64,000 bases of DNA from Acetobacteraceae bacterium. Its GTDB lineage: Bacteria; Pseudomonadota; Alphaproteobacteria; Acetobacterales; Acetobacteraceae. The notes beneath the pieces are model-generated. The model ran no database searches. It was given only the letters and a program-made list of their open reading frames with translations, and was not told where the DNA came from. The DNA lies in the NCBI GenBank assembly GCA_036398775.1, contig DASWOJ010000137.1, positions 1,284 through 65,283 of the forward strand. Direction: 5' to 3'. Made by a program: the position numbers and the translations under genes. This document shows, in pieces, positions 17,957 through 27,787 of this stretch. Positions within the stretch are counted from its first letter, which is position 1, and every line of letters begins with the position of its first letter.

Positions 17957-18811
17957 ATGCCGCTCGCCGGACTTTTGGCAGCTCTCAGGGATGCCCCATC
18001 CCGCACCGGCTCGGTCATCATCACCATCTACGGCGACGCCATAGCCCCCCGCGGCGGCGAACTCGCGCTGTCATCCCTCCTCGAACTCATGGCAGCCCTG
18101 GGCGCAAACGGTGGCGTGGTACGGACCGCAATATCCCGCCTGGCGCGTGATGGCTGGCTGGAAGGGCACCGCGCCGGGCGCCGCAGCTTCTATCGCCTGT
18201 CCCGCCGGGGGAAACTGGAGTCTGCAAAGGCAGGCCCACGCATCTATGGCCCGCTGGTCAGCCCGTGGGGTGGGCAGCTCCGCCTAGCCTTTGCCGAGGC
18301 CGGCGTGGAGCGGACGATGCTGGAGCAGGCAGGCTACGCCCTGCTGGCCCCAGGTGTGCTCGCCGCCCCGGATACAGCATTGACGCCGCCGCCTGGGATA
18401 CCTGCCCTGCTGAGCAACGGCACGCCGGAGGCACTGCGCGCGTTGGCTGCACGCGCCTGGCCCGTGACCCGGGTGGGAATGGGATATGCAGGATTCGTGG
18501 AATTGTTCGCCGATTTGGACAGTCTCGCCGCCGGGCTGCAGCCGCTAGAGGCACTTGCCATGCGGATACTGCTGATCCATGAATACCGCCGGGTCACGCT
18601 GCGCGACCCACGGCTGCCGTCTGGCCTATTGCCGCCGGATTGGCCCGGCACCACTGCCTGCGCGCTGTGCGCCCGGCTTTACACCACTCTGGCGCCAGCA
18701 TCGGAATACTGGCTCGACAACGCAGAAAACAGGTCCGGCCTCCTGCCGAGGGGGCCGGACCCGGCAATACGCTTTAGCGGCGGCGATACACGACCTGCGG
18801 AGTTGGCTTAG
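17957..18811 (+). CDS. paaX: Phenylacetic acid degradation operon repressor PaaX family
   Basis: N-terminal winged-helix pattern [11 protein letters not shown]...[22 protein letters not shown]. Adjacent to paaABCDE. Confidence 0.8.
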   Translation: MPLAGLLAALRDAPSRTGSVIITIYGDAIAPRGGELALSSLLELMAALGANGGVVRTAISRLARDGWLEGHRAGRRSFYRLSRRGKLESAKAGPRIYGPLVSPWGGQLRLAFAEAGVERTMLEQAGYALLAPGVLAAPDTALTPPPGIPALLSNGTPEALRALAARAWPVTRVGMGYAGFVELFADLDSLAAGLQPLEALAMRILLIHEYRRVTLRDPRLPSGLLPPDWPGTTACALCARLYTTLAPASEYWLDNAENRSGLLPRGPDPAIRFSGGDTRPAELA

Positions 18812-19130
18812 TCGCCAACGCGATCAGGAAACCCACCCCGGCTGCGATCAGCACCGCAGTGATCGGGCGTGCGTCCACCTGCTCGGCCAGCATGTCGCCG
18901 GCCTCCTCGATCTGGTCCAGCATTTGCGAGCCGAAGTCTCCCGCGCCGACCTTGTCCGCAACGTCGCGCACCGTGTCGGCCGCCTGGCCATAGGCCCGCT
19001 GCGCGCTGCCCGCAGCCTTGTCCATCGCGCCATCGGTCTTAAGCTTGGTGTCGCCGGTCATGTCGCCCAGCGCGCCCTCAACCTTGCCGCCGACCTTGCG
19101 GGCTGCACCCTCGAAGCGGTTCTCGTCCAT
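18774..19130 (-). CDS. CsbD-like stress protein with a C-terminal TM anchor
   Basis: Start set at the ATG at 19130, with GGAG 9 nt upstream. Carries the CsbD pattern [22 protein letters not shown] and a C-terminal [18 protein letters not shown]. Has a 38-nt convergent overlap with paaX. Confidence 0.7.
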   Translation of the reverse strand: MDENRFEGAARKVGGKVEGALGDMTGDTKLKTDGAMDKAAGSAQRAYGQAADTVRDVADKVGAGDFGSQMLDQIEEAGDMLAEQVDARPITAVLIAAGVGFLIALATKPTPQVVYRRR

Positions 19131-19271
19131 GATATGCATCTCCAACCTGTTGCTGATGCGAAGAGAACACCGGCGGGGGCAGGGGGTTCCGCAATGGCGG
19201 ATCTTACAAGAAATCTTGCATCCTTCGTTTTCTGTGATACATTCTGCATGTCCCAGGTCGGAGCATCAGGC

Positions 19272-20263
<992 letters not shown>

Positions 20264-20267
<4 letters not shown>

Positions 20268-20551
20268 CCGAGAACAGGACTCCGCTGTGGGAGGTATTCA
20301 TCCGCAGCCGCAACGGCCTGGCTCATAAGCACGCCGGCAGCGTCCACGCCGCCGACGCCACGATGGCGTTGCAGGCGGCGCGCGATGTTTACACCCGGCG
20401 AGGTGAGGGCCTGTCCCTATGGGTCGTCCCCAGCAATGCCATCACCGCCAGCGACCCCACCGATAAGGCGATGATGTTCGAGCCGACGGCCAGCAAGATC
20501 TACCGCCACCCCACCTTCTATGAAGTTCCGGACGAAGTAGGCCACATGTAA
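20264..20551 (+). CDS. paaB: 1,2-phenylacetyl-CoA epoxidase subunit B
   Basis: ATGA overlap with paaA. A 95-aa protein with PLWEVFIR...HAGSVHA...IYRHPTFY. Confidence 0.9.
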
Positions 20552-20560
20552 TGAACAACC

Positions 20561-20710
20561 CCTTCCTTCTCCCTATGGGAGAGGACCGGGGTGAGGGGGC
20601 GGGCAAGCGCCTTCTTGGCCCACTGCGCACTTGGTCCCCTCGGCACAAGCAGTCTCCGCCCCGCAGCCAAGACCCCCTCACCCCAACCCTCTCCCAAAGG
20701 TAGAGGGAGC
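20561..20710. repeat. Palindromic-end repeat element, copy D (inside the paa operon, between paaB and paaC)
   Basis: Left arm is CCTTCTCCCTATGGGAGAGGACCGGGGTGAGGGGG. Right arm is CCCTCACCCCAACCCTCTCCCAAAGGTAGAGGGAG. Confidence 0.85.
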
Positions 20711-20720
20711 AGGCGCCGCA

Positions 20721-21488
20721 GTGACCACCTCGATTCAAGTCCTGGAAACCCCGCTGGTCCTCTACACCCTGCAACGGGCTGACGACGCGCTGGTGCTAGG
20801 CCACCGGCTGTCCGAATGGTGCGGCCATGCGCCGTCGCTGGAGGAGGACGTGGCCCTCGCCAACATGGGCCTGGACCTGCTGGGCCAGGCGCGCAGCCTG
20901 TATGCCTATGCCGGCGAGACCGAAGGCGCCGGACACGGCGAGGACCACCTGGCCTACCTGCGCGACGCCCCGCAATACCGCAACCTGCTGCTGCTGGAGC
21001 AGCCGAACGGCGACTTCGCCCAGACCATTGCCCGGCAGTTCTTCTACGCCGCCTTCATGGACCCTTGGTGGGGCGCGACGTGCGCCAGCACCGACCCGAC
21101 CCTCGCCGCCATCGCCGCCAAGGCCGAAAAAGAGGTGGCCTACCACTTGCGCCATGCCTCGGAGTGGATGATCCGCCTCGGCGACGGCACCGAAGAGAGC
21201 GCCCGCCGCGCCCAGGCCGCCGTGGATTGCCTGTGGCCCCACACCGGCGAGATGTTCACCCCACCTGACCCGCCGCTGGTCGCTGCAGGCGTGGCGGTTG
21301 ACCCGGCATCGCTGCGCCCAGCCTACGACGCCACTGTTGCCGCAGTGCTGGACCAGGCCACCCTGTCCCGCCCCGCCAGCGCCTGGATGCACAAGGGCGG
21401 ACGCCAGGGCCGCCACACCGAGCACCTCGGCCCCATGCTGGCCGAAATGCAGCACCTGCAGCGCACCCACCCCGGCGCAACCTGGTGA
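20721..21488 (+). CDS. paaC: 1,2-phenylacetyl-CoA epoxidase subunit C
   Basis: Trimmed to the GTG at 20721, just after repeat D. Pattern LQRADDALVLGHRLSEWCGHAPSLEEDVALAN. Confidence 0.85.
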   Translation: MTTSIQVLETPLVLYTLQRADDALVLGHRLSEWCGHAPSLEEDVALANMGLDLLGQARSLYAYAGETEGAGHGEDHLAYLRDAPQYRNLLLLEQPNGDFAQTIARQFFYAAFMDPWWGATCASTDPTLAAIAAKAEKEVAYHLRHASEWMIRLGDGTEESARRAQAAVDCLWPHTGEMFTPPDPPLVAAGVAVDPASLRPAYDATVAAVLDQATLSRPASAWMHKGGRQGRHTEHLGPMLAEMQHLQRTHPGATW

Positions 21489-21964
21489 CCAGCCTGCGCG
21501 ACCGCGCCTGGGCCGCCGCCGCGGAGGTCACGGACCCCGAAGTCCCGGTGCTGACCATCGCCGACCTCGGTGTCCTGCGCGGCGTGGCCGAGACGGGCGA
21601 TGGCGTCGAGGTGCTGATTACCCCGACCTACTCCGGTTGCGCCGCCATGGGCGTCATCGCGATGGAGGTCGAGCTGGCCTTGTCCCGCGCCGGCATCCCC
21701 GGCCGGGTCCGCACCGTGCTGTCCCCGGCCTGGACCACCGACTGGATGACGCAGGACGGCCGGCGCAAGCTGCTGGAATACGGCATCGCCCCACCAGTGC
21801 CCGGCAGCGGCCGACGCGCCCTGTTCGGCGTGGACACAGTCGCCTGTCCCCGCTGCGGCTCGGATCATACGGAGGTCGTCGCGGAGTTCGGCTCCACGTC
21901 TTGCAAGGCGCTATGGCGCTGCCTGCAATGCCGCGAGCCGTTCGACTACTTCAAGTGTCACTGA
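21485..21964 (+). CDS. paaD: Phenylacetate-CoA oxygenase subunit PaaD (PaaJ)
   Basis: VTDPEVPVLTIADLGVLRGV, TPTYSGCAAM and a C-terminal CPRCGS...CLQC pattern. 4-nt overlap with paaC. Confidence 0.85.
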   Translation: MTSLRDRAWAAAAEVTDPEVPVLTIADLGVLRGVAETGDGVEVLITPTYSGCAAMGVIAMEVELALSRAGIPGRVRTVLSPAWTTDWMTQDGRRKLLEYGIAPPVPGSGRRALFGVDTVACPRCGSDHTEVVAEFGSTSCKALWRCLQCREPFDYFKCH

Positions 21965-22004
21965 TGTTGCCGCGCAACCGGTCCAACAGCAGGCGAGCAG
22001 CCTG

Positions 22005-22155
22005 CTTTTCCCTCTCCCGCCGGGAGAGGGCCGGAGTGAGGGGGCGGACAAGCACAGTCACGACAGACACAGGCGTTTACCGCGCTGAACCGCCCGGCGC
22101 ACGGGTGATCGGCCAAGACCCCCTCACCCCAGCCTTCTCCCGAAGGAAGAGGGAG
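22005..22155. repeat. Palindromic-end repeat element, copy E (inside the paa operon, between paaD and paaE)
   Basis: Left arm is CCCTCTCCCGCCGGGAGAGGGCCGGAGTGAGGGGG. Right arm is CCCTCACCCCAGCCTTCTCCCGAAGGAAGAGGGAG. Confidence 0.85.
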
Positions 22156-22205
22156 CAAGCCGCCCGCTCAGCCCGCCGCCGCCCGCGCCTTAGCCCACCA
22201 CAGCG

Positions 22206-23276
22206 ATGAGCCGCTTCCAAAGCCTCCGCATCACCGACGTCCGCCAGGAAACAGCGGACACCGTCAGCGTGGCCCTTCAAGTGCCCGACGACCTCCGCCC
22301 CAGCTTCGCCTACCAGCCCGGCCAATACCTGACCTTGCGGACCACCCTCGACGGGGAGGAACTCCGCCGGTCCTACTCCATCTGCTCTGGCCTCGACGAC
22401 GGCGAGATGCGGGTGGCGATCAAGCTCGTGCCGGACGGACGGTTCTCCGCCTGGGTGCATGCGGCGCTGCAGCCGGGCCATCTGATCGAGGCCATGCCGC
22501 CGCAAGGCCGCTTCACCATAGCACTCGACCCGGCGGCATCGCGCACCTACCTGGGCGTCGCCGCCGGGTCCGGCATCACCCCGGTGCTGTCCATCCTGCG
22601 CTCCGTGCTGTCGCGCGAACCCGGCAGCCGCTTCGTGCTGCTGTATGGCAGCCGCGCCACCGGCGGCATCATCTTCCGCGAGGCCTTGGAGGAGCTGAAG
22701 GACCGTTTCATGGGCCGCTTCACCGTCGTCCACGTCCTGTCGCGGGAGCAGCAAGATGTGCCGGTGCTGTGGGGCCGGCTCGACGGCCCGCGGGTGCGGA
22801 CGCTGTTGCGCGGCCTGCTGGATGCGCCGCAAGTTGGCCAAGCCTTTCTGTGCGGGCCGGAAGCGATGATCGCCGAGGTGTCCGCGGCCCTGGCGGAGGC
22901 CGGCCTGCCGCCCGAGCGCATCCACAGCGAACGGTTCACCACAGCCGCTTCGTCCCCAGCCCGCCCGAGGACGACCCCGGCGCGCGGCGCGCCGCCCTTC
23001 GCGGTGGCGACGGTCGTGTCTGACGGCATCCGGACCGAGGTGCCGATGCAGGATGGGGAAACCGTCCTGGACGCCGCCCTGCGCGCCGGGTTGGACCTGC
23101 CATACTCCTGCCGCGGCGGCATGTGCAGCACCTGCCGGGCCCGGGTCGCCGAGGGAGCTGTCCGCATGGACGTGAACTATGGGCTGGAGCCGTGGGAAAC
23201 CGAGGCCGGCTATGTCCTGACCTGCCAGGCGCATCCCACGACCCGGCACGTCCTGGTGGACTACGACCACGTTTGA
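22206..23276 (+). CDS. paaE: Phenylacetate-CoA oxygenase/reductase subunit (FNR-like plus 2Fe-2S ferredoxin)
   Basis: RRSYSICS FAD motif, GSGITP NAD motif and a C-terminal CRGGMCSTCRARV plant-type ferredoxin motif. Confidence 0.9.
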   Translation: MSRFQSLRITDVRQETADTVSVALQVPDDLRPSFAYQPGQYLTLRTTLDGEELRRSYSICSGLDDGEMRVAIKLVPDGRFSAWVHAALQPGHLIEAMPPQGRFTIALDPAASRTYLGVAAGSGITPVLSILRSVLSREPGSRFVLLYGSRATGGIIFREALEELKDRFMGRFTVVHVLSREQQDVPVLWGRLDGPRVRTLLRGLLDAPQVGQAFLCGPEAMIAEVSAALAEAGLPPERIHSERFTTAASSPARPRTTPARGAPPFAVATVVSDGIRTEVPMQDGETVLDAALRAGLDLPYSCRGGMCSTCRARVAEGAVRMDVNYGLEPWETEAGYVLTCQAHPTTRHVLVDYDHV

Positions 23277-23322
23277 CGCCAGCCTGCCTGGGCCTGGCCA
23301 AGGGAGCCATGAACACCTTGCA

Positions 23323-23397
23323 GGGCGGAAAAGCGCCAGCGCCTTCCGCCACACCCCAGCGCCGTCCTTCGGCGGAAGGCGCTGCGCTTTTCCGCCC
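23323..23397. repeat. Long near-perfect palindrome (27-bp stem, one bulge, 20-nt loop); possible bidirectional terminator between convergent genes
   Basis: GGGCGGAAAAGCGCCAGCGCCTTCCGCC (23323-23350) pairs with GGCGGAAGGCGCTGCGCTTTTCCGCCC (23371-23397). No clean U-tract on either strand. Confidence 0.6.
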
Positions 23398-23419
23398 TAC
23401 GAAGTTTGTTGTCCCGGGA

Positions 23420-24622
23420 TCAGTTCCTCTGCCCCAGCGCCCTTCGTGCCCTGAACAGCAGCGCACGCGCGGCTAGATGCGGCGCCAGCGGACGCAGCTT
23501 GGCCCGCAGCACAGCCACGGTGCGCTGGTAATGCTCGCTCGCCGGGTCCAGCGCCAACGCCCGCTCGGCATGACGCAGCGCGCCTGGCAGGTCGCGCCGT
23601 GCCCGCAGCAGCTCCGCAATGGTATTGTGGATGCCGGCGTGGTGCGGCCAGGCCGTCCTGATCTCGTGCGCCACCGCCAATGCCCCGGCGCTGTCGCCGG
23701 CGCGGGTCAGCGCGATGCAGTAATCCATCAGGTAGCCGGGATGGCGCTCCAGTGCAGCCACCTGCCGATGAACCGCCAGCGCCTCCGCATGGCGCCCGGC
23801 GGCGGACAGACGCAAGGCCAGGGAATGGTGCCCTTCCGGCCGGCCGGGATCCAGCGCCACCGCCCGTTGCGCCAGCGCCACCGCCCAGCCCGGCCGCGAC
23901 CGCGGCTGACGCCCGGCCAGGACGCCGTGATAGACCGCCAGCCCGCGGCGGGCAGCACGGGCAGCACGCTCGGCCGCGGCCACGTCCAGGGTGCCGTCCA
24001 GCGCCCCCATCACCAATCCATGCAGCAGCCCGGCTTCCTGCAAGTAGCTGCCGACGGGGTGCCCGGCAAACGGCAGGCGCAGCCGCTGGATCGGCGTGTC
24101 CCGGGCGATCCGGTCGGCATGGGGCCGGTCCATGCCGTGGGGATCATAGGCGACGACCGGCCGGATGCGCGAGCGGATCGGCCCGTCCAGCGCCGGCAAC
24201 GGACGCAGCCGCCGCTGGTCCTGGCCCCACCGGCGCTCGAACGGCGCCTTGGCCGGGTCAATCGAATATTGCGGCGACAGCGCCAGCGCCGCCGTGGCGC
24301 CCGCGGCGTCGGCGAAGCGCACCGCGGCATAGGCGCCCATGCTGGACCCATAAGCCAGCACCGACCCGGCGCCGGACGCGGCCGCACGCATGGCGGCCAG
24401 GGCGTCCGGCAGCTCGGGATACTGGAACCAGTCGTTGTCCCGGCTGAGCAAATGCGTTGCAGCGATGCCATGCCGGGCGAAGTATTCCTCGCCAAACCCC
24501 GGCCGAGCCAGCGTGCGGTCGTCGTGGTAGCAGTCGAAGGTGACGACATGGCGCACCGCATCCGCAGCCGGGACGTGGCGCACCAGAAGGTCGCGGCTCT
24601 CGAAAAGCGTCTGCGCCGTCAC
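23420..24622 (-). CDS. Hypothetical alpha/beta-hydrolase-like N-terminal domain fused to C-terminal TPR repeats
   Basis: The N-terminal ~200 aa has a GSSMGAYAA nucleophile-elbow-like motif. The C-terminal ~170 aa has TPR-like repeats. The GTG start overlaps the upstream SDR stop (GTGA). Confidence 0.6.
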   Translation of the reverse strand: MTAQTLFESRDLLVRHVPAADAVRHVVTFDCYHDDRTLARPGFGEEYFARHGIAATHLLSRDNDWFQYPELPDALAAMRAAASGAGSVLAYGSSMGAYAAVRFADAAGATAALALSPQYSIDPAKAPFERRWGQDQRRLRPLPALDGPIRSRIRPVVAYDPHGMDRPHADRIARDTPIQRLRLPFAGHPVGSYLQEAGLLHGLVMGALDGTLDVAAAERAARAARRGLAVYHGVLAGRQPRSRPGWAVALAQRAVALDPGRPEGHHSLALRLSAAGRHAEALAVHRQVAALERHPGYLMDYCIALTRAGDSAGALAVAHEIRTAWPHHAGIHNTIAELLRARRDLPGALRHAERALALDPASEHYQRTVAVLRAKLRPLAPHLAARALLFRARRALGQRN

Positions 24623-25374
24623 CTTGGCGCCAGGCGCACCGCGCCGTCCAAACGTATGACCTCCCCGTTCAGCATCGTATTCTCCATGATGTGGCGCACG
24701 AGGCCCGCGAACTCCTCCGGCCGGCCCAGCCGGGGCGGGAAGGGGACTGAGCGGCCCAGGCTGTCCTGCACGTCGGCCGGCAGCCCCAGCATCATCGGCG
24801 TGCCGAACAGCCCCGGCGCCACCGTCATCACCCGAATGCCGTCCCGCGCCAGGTCGCGCGCCAGCGGCAGGGTCATGCCGACGATCCCCCCTTTGCTGGC
24901 GGCGTACGCGGCCTGGCCAATCTGCCCGTCATACGCGGCGACGGAGGCGGTGTTGACCACCACCCCGCGCTCCCCTTCGGCATCCGGCGCGTTGCCGCGC
25001 ATCGCCGCGGCGGCGAGCCGGATCATGTTGAAGGTGCCAACGAGGTTGATCCCGACCACACGGGCAAAACTATCAAGCCGGTGCGGCCCGTCGCGGCCCA
25101 GCACCCGCTCACCGATGACGACCCCGGCGCAGTTCACCAAGCCATGCAATGCCCCGAACCGCGACCTGGCGAGGTCCACGGCGGCCTGGCCGTCCGCCTC
25201 GCTGGTCACGTCCGTCCGCAGGTAGGCCCCGCCCACCTCCTCGGCCAGGGCCGCGGCGTCTGCCACGTCCGCAATCACGACCTTTGCCCCGGCGTCCGCC
25301 AGCAGGCGCGCGGTCGCGGCGCCCAGGCCCGATCCGCCGCCGGTCACGAGCACTGTCTTGCCATCTATGTGCAT
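24619..25374 (-). CDS. SDR family 3-hydroxyacyl-CoA dehydrogenase (type II HADH-like)
   Basis: TGGGSGLG cofactor motif and the YAASKGG catalytic motif; 251 aa. Confidence 0.8.
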   Translation of the reverse strand: MHIDGKTVLVTGGGSGLGAATARLLADAGAKVVIADVADAAALAEEVGGAYLRTDVTSEADGQAAVDLARSRFGALHGLVNCAGVVIGERVLGRDGPHRLDSFARVVGINLVGTFNMIRLAAAAMRGNAPDAEGERGVVVNTASVAAYDGQIGQAAYAASKGGIVGMTLPLARDLARDGIRVMTVAPGLFGTPMMLGLPADVQDSLGRSVPFPPRLGRPEEFAGLVRHIMENTMLNGEVIRLDGAVRLAPR

Positions 25375-25516
25375 GGGGTTTTCCGGATTTAGGAGTAGTT
25401 ACGTCTTAGCCTGGCTGGACCGTGGGGCAAATGCGGCGGAGGGGGAATCCCATGACGCTTCCAAAACCATTCGGCCCGGCATAGGATCGGATCGGCATTT
25501 GAAACGAGAGCAAAGC

Positions 25517-26029
25517 ATGAGACTCCATGTCGTGTGTGTGGCCGTCGCTGGCGGACTGTTGTTGCAGGGTTGCGCGGAAATGCCGGCGGGGCCGACCGTG
25601 CAGGTGCTGCCAGGGCGTGGCAAGTCGTTCGAGGCGTTCGCGCAGGATGACGCGGTATGCCGCGGCTATGCTTCGTCCGCCGTGCAGGGCCAGGCAGAGC
25701 GCGCCAACACCCGGGCAGTCGGCGGCGCAGTGCTCGGGACCGTGCTGGGCGCGGGACTGGGTGCCGCAGTTGGCGGCGGACGGGGCGCCGGCATCGGCGC
25801 TGGCGCTGGCGCCGTGGTTGGCACCGGTGTCGGCGCGTCAGGCTCGGGCAACGCGCAATACGGCATCCAGGGTCAGTACGACAACGCCTATGTCGCCTGT
25901 CAATCATCCAAGGGCAACCAGGTGCCGCGGCCGGCGGTGTATGCCCAACCCGTCATCGTGCAGCCCGCCCCTTACCTCGTGCAGCCCGCGCCGTATGTGG
26001 TCCAGCCGCGGCCCTACTACGCATACTGA
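25517..26029 (+). CDS. Glycine-zipper lipoprotein
   Basis: Trimmed to the ATG at 25517. Lipobox LLLQGC and a Gly-zipper tract GGAVLGTVLGAGLGAAVGGGRGAGIGAGAGAVVGTGVGA. Confidence 0.7.
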   Translation: MRLHVVCVAVAGGLLLQGCAEMPAGPTVQVLPGRGKSFEAFAQDDAVCRGYASSAVQGQAERANTRAVGGAVLGTVLGAGLGAAVGGGRGAGIGAGAGAVVGTGVGASGSGNAQYGIQGQYDNAYVACQSSKGNQVPRPAVYAQPVIVQPAPYLVQPAPYVVQPRPYYAY

Positions 26030-26052
26030 CAATGGCCCAATAAGGGCCGGAT

Positions 26053-27627
26053 CTACCGCCAGCTCGACAGGAAGAACCGCGGCAGCTCGTCCGCGGACGG
26101 CTTGAAGTTCAACCCCTTCGCGGTGGCGTAGGTCGTGACATAGGTGAACAGCGGCATGATGTAGGCCTGCTCCGTCAGCCGCCTGATCGCGGTCGCGTAG
26201 GCGTCGCGCCGCACATCGGGGTCCGTGCTGCTGCCGCCCCGCAGCAGCAGGTCCCGCACCTCGGGGTCCCTAGCGTAGTCCTGCTCCCCGAAGGTCAGGA
26301 ACACCGGCAGGGATGCCGAAGCGTCATTGATCGAGTAGCTGCCCCAGCTCCCCAGGTCGAGCGGGTTGTGCCCGGCCATGCTGCTCGCCAGCGCCACGCC
26401 GGCCTGCAGATTCTGCACCGTGGCGCGTATCCCGACTGCGGCCAGATACCCGCGTATGGCCTCCTGCCACGGAGGCAGCAGGTAGCCGACCAGTTCGGTG
26501 TCGAAACCGTCGGGGTAGCCGGCCTCCGCCAGCAGGGCGCGGGCCTTTGGCGGGTCATAGTCATACTTGGCCGCAACGGCCTGGTCGCAGCCGAACTGGG
26601 TCGGGAAGCACGGCGCATCCAGCACCCGGGAGCCGCCGGGCATGAACCCGCGCGCCATCGCCGTCCGGTCCACCGCACGCATGATCGCCTGCCGCACCTT
26701 CTGCTGCTGCAGCGGGCTGGGGCCGGTGCGTCCGGCGGCGTCCATCAGCATGTAGCTGAACCGCATGCTTTCCTGCCGCAGGGTTTGCAGCCCCGGCGTG
26801 CGGGACAGCGCGTCCAACTGCTCCGGCCCAAACTGCCATATCCAATCGGCACGCCCGTCCACCAATGCCGCCAACTCGGCGGCGGTGTCTGCCACCTCGG
26901 CAATCTGCAGCCGCCGTATCGCCGGCTTGCCCTTGGGGCCGTCGAAGTAGCTGTCGTTGCGCTCCAAGGTGATCGCGCTGGTGCCGTCCACCTGGACGAT
27001 CCGGTAGGGGCCGGTGCCGACAGGGGCGGTCGAGAAGCCGGTGCCGACCCGCTCCCGGTAGGCGTGCGGCAGGACCGGCAGTACCATCGCCAGGTATTCC
27101 AGCGCGGCAGGGAACACCTGCTTGAGCTTGATCCGCACATGCAGGTCGTCCACCCGCTCCGCCCCAGCCAGGAAGCTGTAGTTGCTGGGCACCGCCACAG
27201 CCTCCGACAGCACGGCCTGCACGGTATAGACGACGTCGTCGGCCGTGAACCGGCTGCCGTCATGGAAGGTGACGCCAGGCCGCAACTCGAACTCCAGGGT
27301 CAGCGGATCGAGGTAGCGCCAGTTGGTGGCGAGCAGCGGCTTGAGCTGCAGAGTCTCGGGATCGCGGTAGATCAGCGTATCCCAGGCGTGGTGCGCCAGA
27401 ACCAGGCCGGTGCGCAGGGTGTTGCGATAGGGGTCCACGTCGGGAACCGCATCGCGCCAGGCAATGCGCAGCGTGTCCTCGGATTTCTGCGCATAAGCAG
27501 GAAAACCAGCAAGGACCAAACAAACAATGGGAGCGTACCTTCTTCCCCTCCATCCGGGAGAGGGTCGGGGTAAGGGGGTCTTGCCCGCGGAGCGGGACGC
27601 CGCCATTGCCGCTGGGACCCAGACCAT
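26053..27627 (-). CDS. ABC transporter substrate-binding protein, family 5 (peptide/nickel/opine type); start uncertain
   Basis: The mature part starts after AYAQ (KSEDTLRIAWRD...). The only ATG starts upstream of the signal h-region (27606, 27627) lie inside repeat element F. No permease or ATPase genes are adjacent. Confidence 0.75.
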   Translation of the reverse strand: MVWVPAAMAASRSAGKTPLPRPSPGWRGRRYAPIVCLVLAGFPAYAQKSEDTLRIAWRDAVPDVDPYRNTLRTGLVLAHHAWDTLIYRDPETLQLKPLLATNWRYLDPLTLEFELRPGVTFHDGSRFTADDVVYTVQAVLSEAVAVPSNYSFLAGAERVDDLHVRIKLKQVFPAALEYLAMVLPVLPHAYRERVGTGFSTAPVGTGPYRIVQVDGTSAITLERNDSYFDGPKGKPAIRRLQIAEVADTAAELAALVDGRADWIWQFGPEQLDALSRTPGLQTLRQESMRFSYMLMDAAGRTGPSPLQQQKVRQAIMRAVDRTAMARGFMPGGSRVLDAPCFPTQFGCDQAVAAKYDYDPPKARALLAEAGYPDGFDTELVGYLLPPWQEAIRGYLAAVGIRATVQNLQAGVALASSMAGHNPLDLGSWGSYSINDASASLPVFLTFGEQDYARDPEVRDLLLRGGSSTDPDVRRDAYATAIRRLTEQAYIMPLFTYVTTYATAKGLNFKPSADELPRFFLSSWR

Positions 27628-27688
27628 AGCCTGGCAACCGCCGCGCCTGCCCGCCCCCTCACCCCGACCTTCTCCCGGGGGGAGGGGA
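27539..27688. repeat. Palindromic-end repeat element, copy F (overlaps the 5' end of the binding-protein ORF)
   Basis: Left arm is CCTTCTTCCCCTCCATCCGGGAGAGGGTCGGGGTAAGGGGG. Right arm is CCCTCACCCCGACCTTCTCCCGGGGGGAGGGG. The core starts GTCTTGCC, the complement of the GGCAAGAC-type core end of copies D and E, so it is oppositely oriented. Confidence 0.8.
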
Positions 27689-27746
27689 CGCAGGCGGCCC
27701 CCTGTCAGAAGTCTCCGGACCAGACCGAGCATTGGTTCTCATGGCC

Positions 27747-27780
27747 TCCCTCACCCAACCTCGCTACCCAAAGGGGGAGG
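27747..27780. repeat. Solo arm of the same repeat family
   Basis: TCCCTCACCCAACCTCGCTACCCAAAGGGGGAGG matches the right-arm type only. It lies just downstream of the SDR stop at 27788. Confidence 0.6.
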
Positions 27781-27787
27781 ATCGGCT

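Noticed and set aside
19146-19271. PaaX operator in the csbD-like / paaA divergent spacer
   Set aside because: Only a 5-bp inverted repeat (CAAGA-AA-TCTTG) is visible. There is nothing resembling the longer E. coli-type PaaX box, and this is too weak to annotate.
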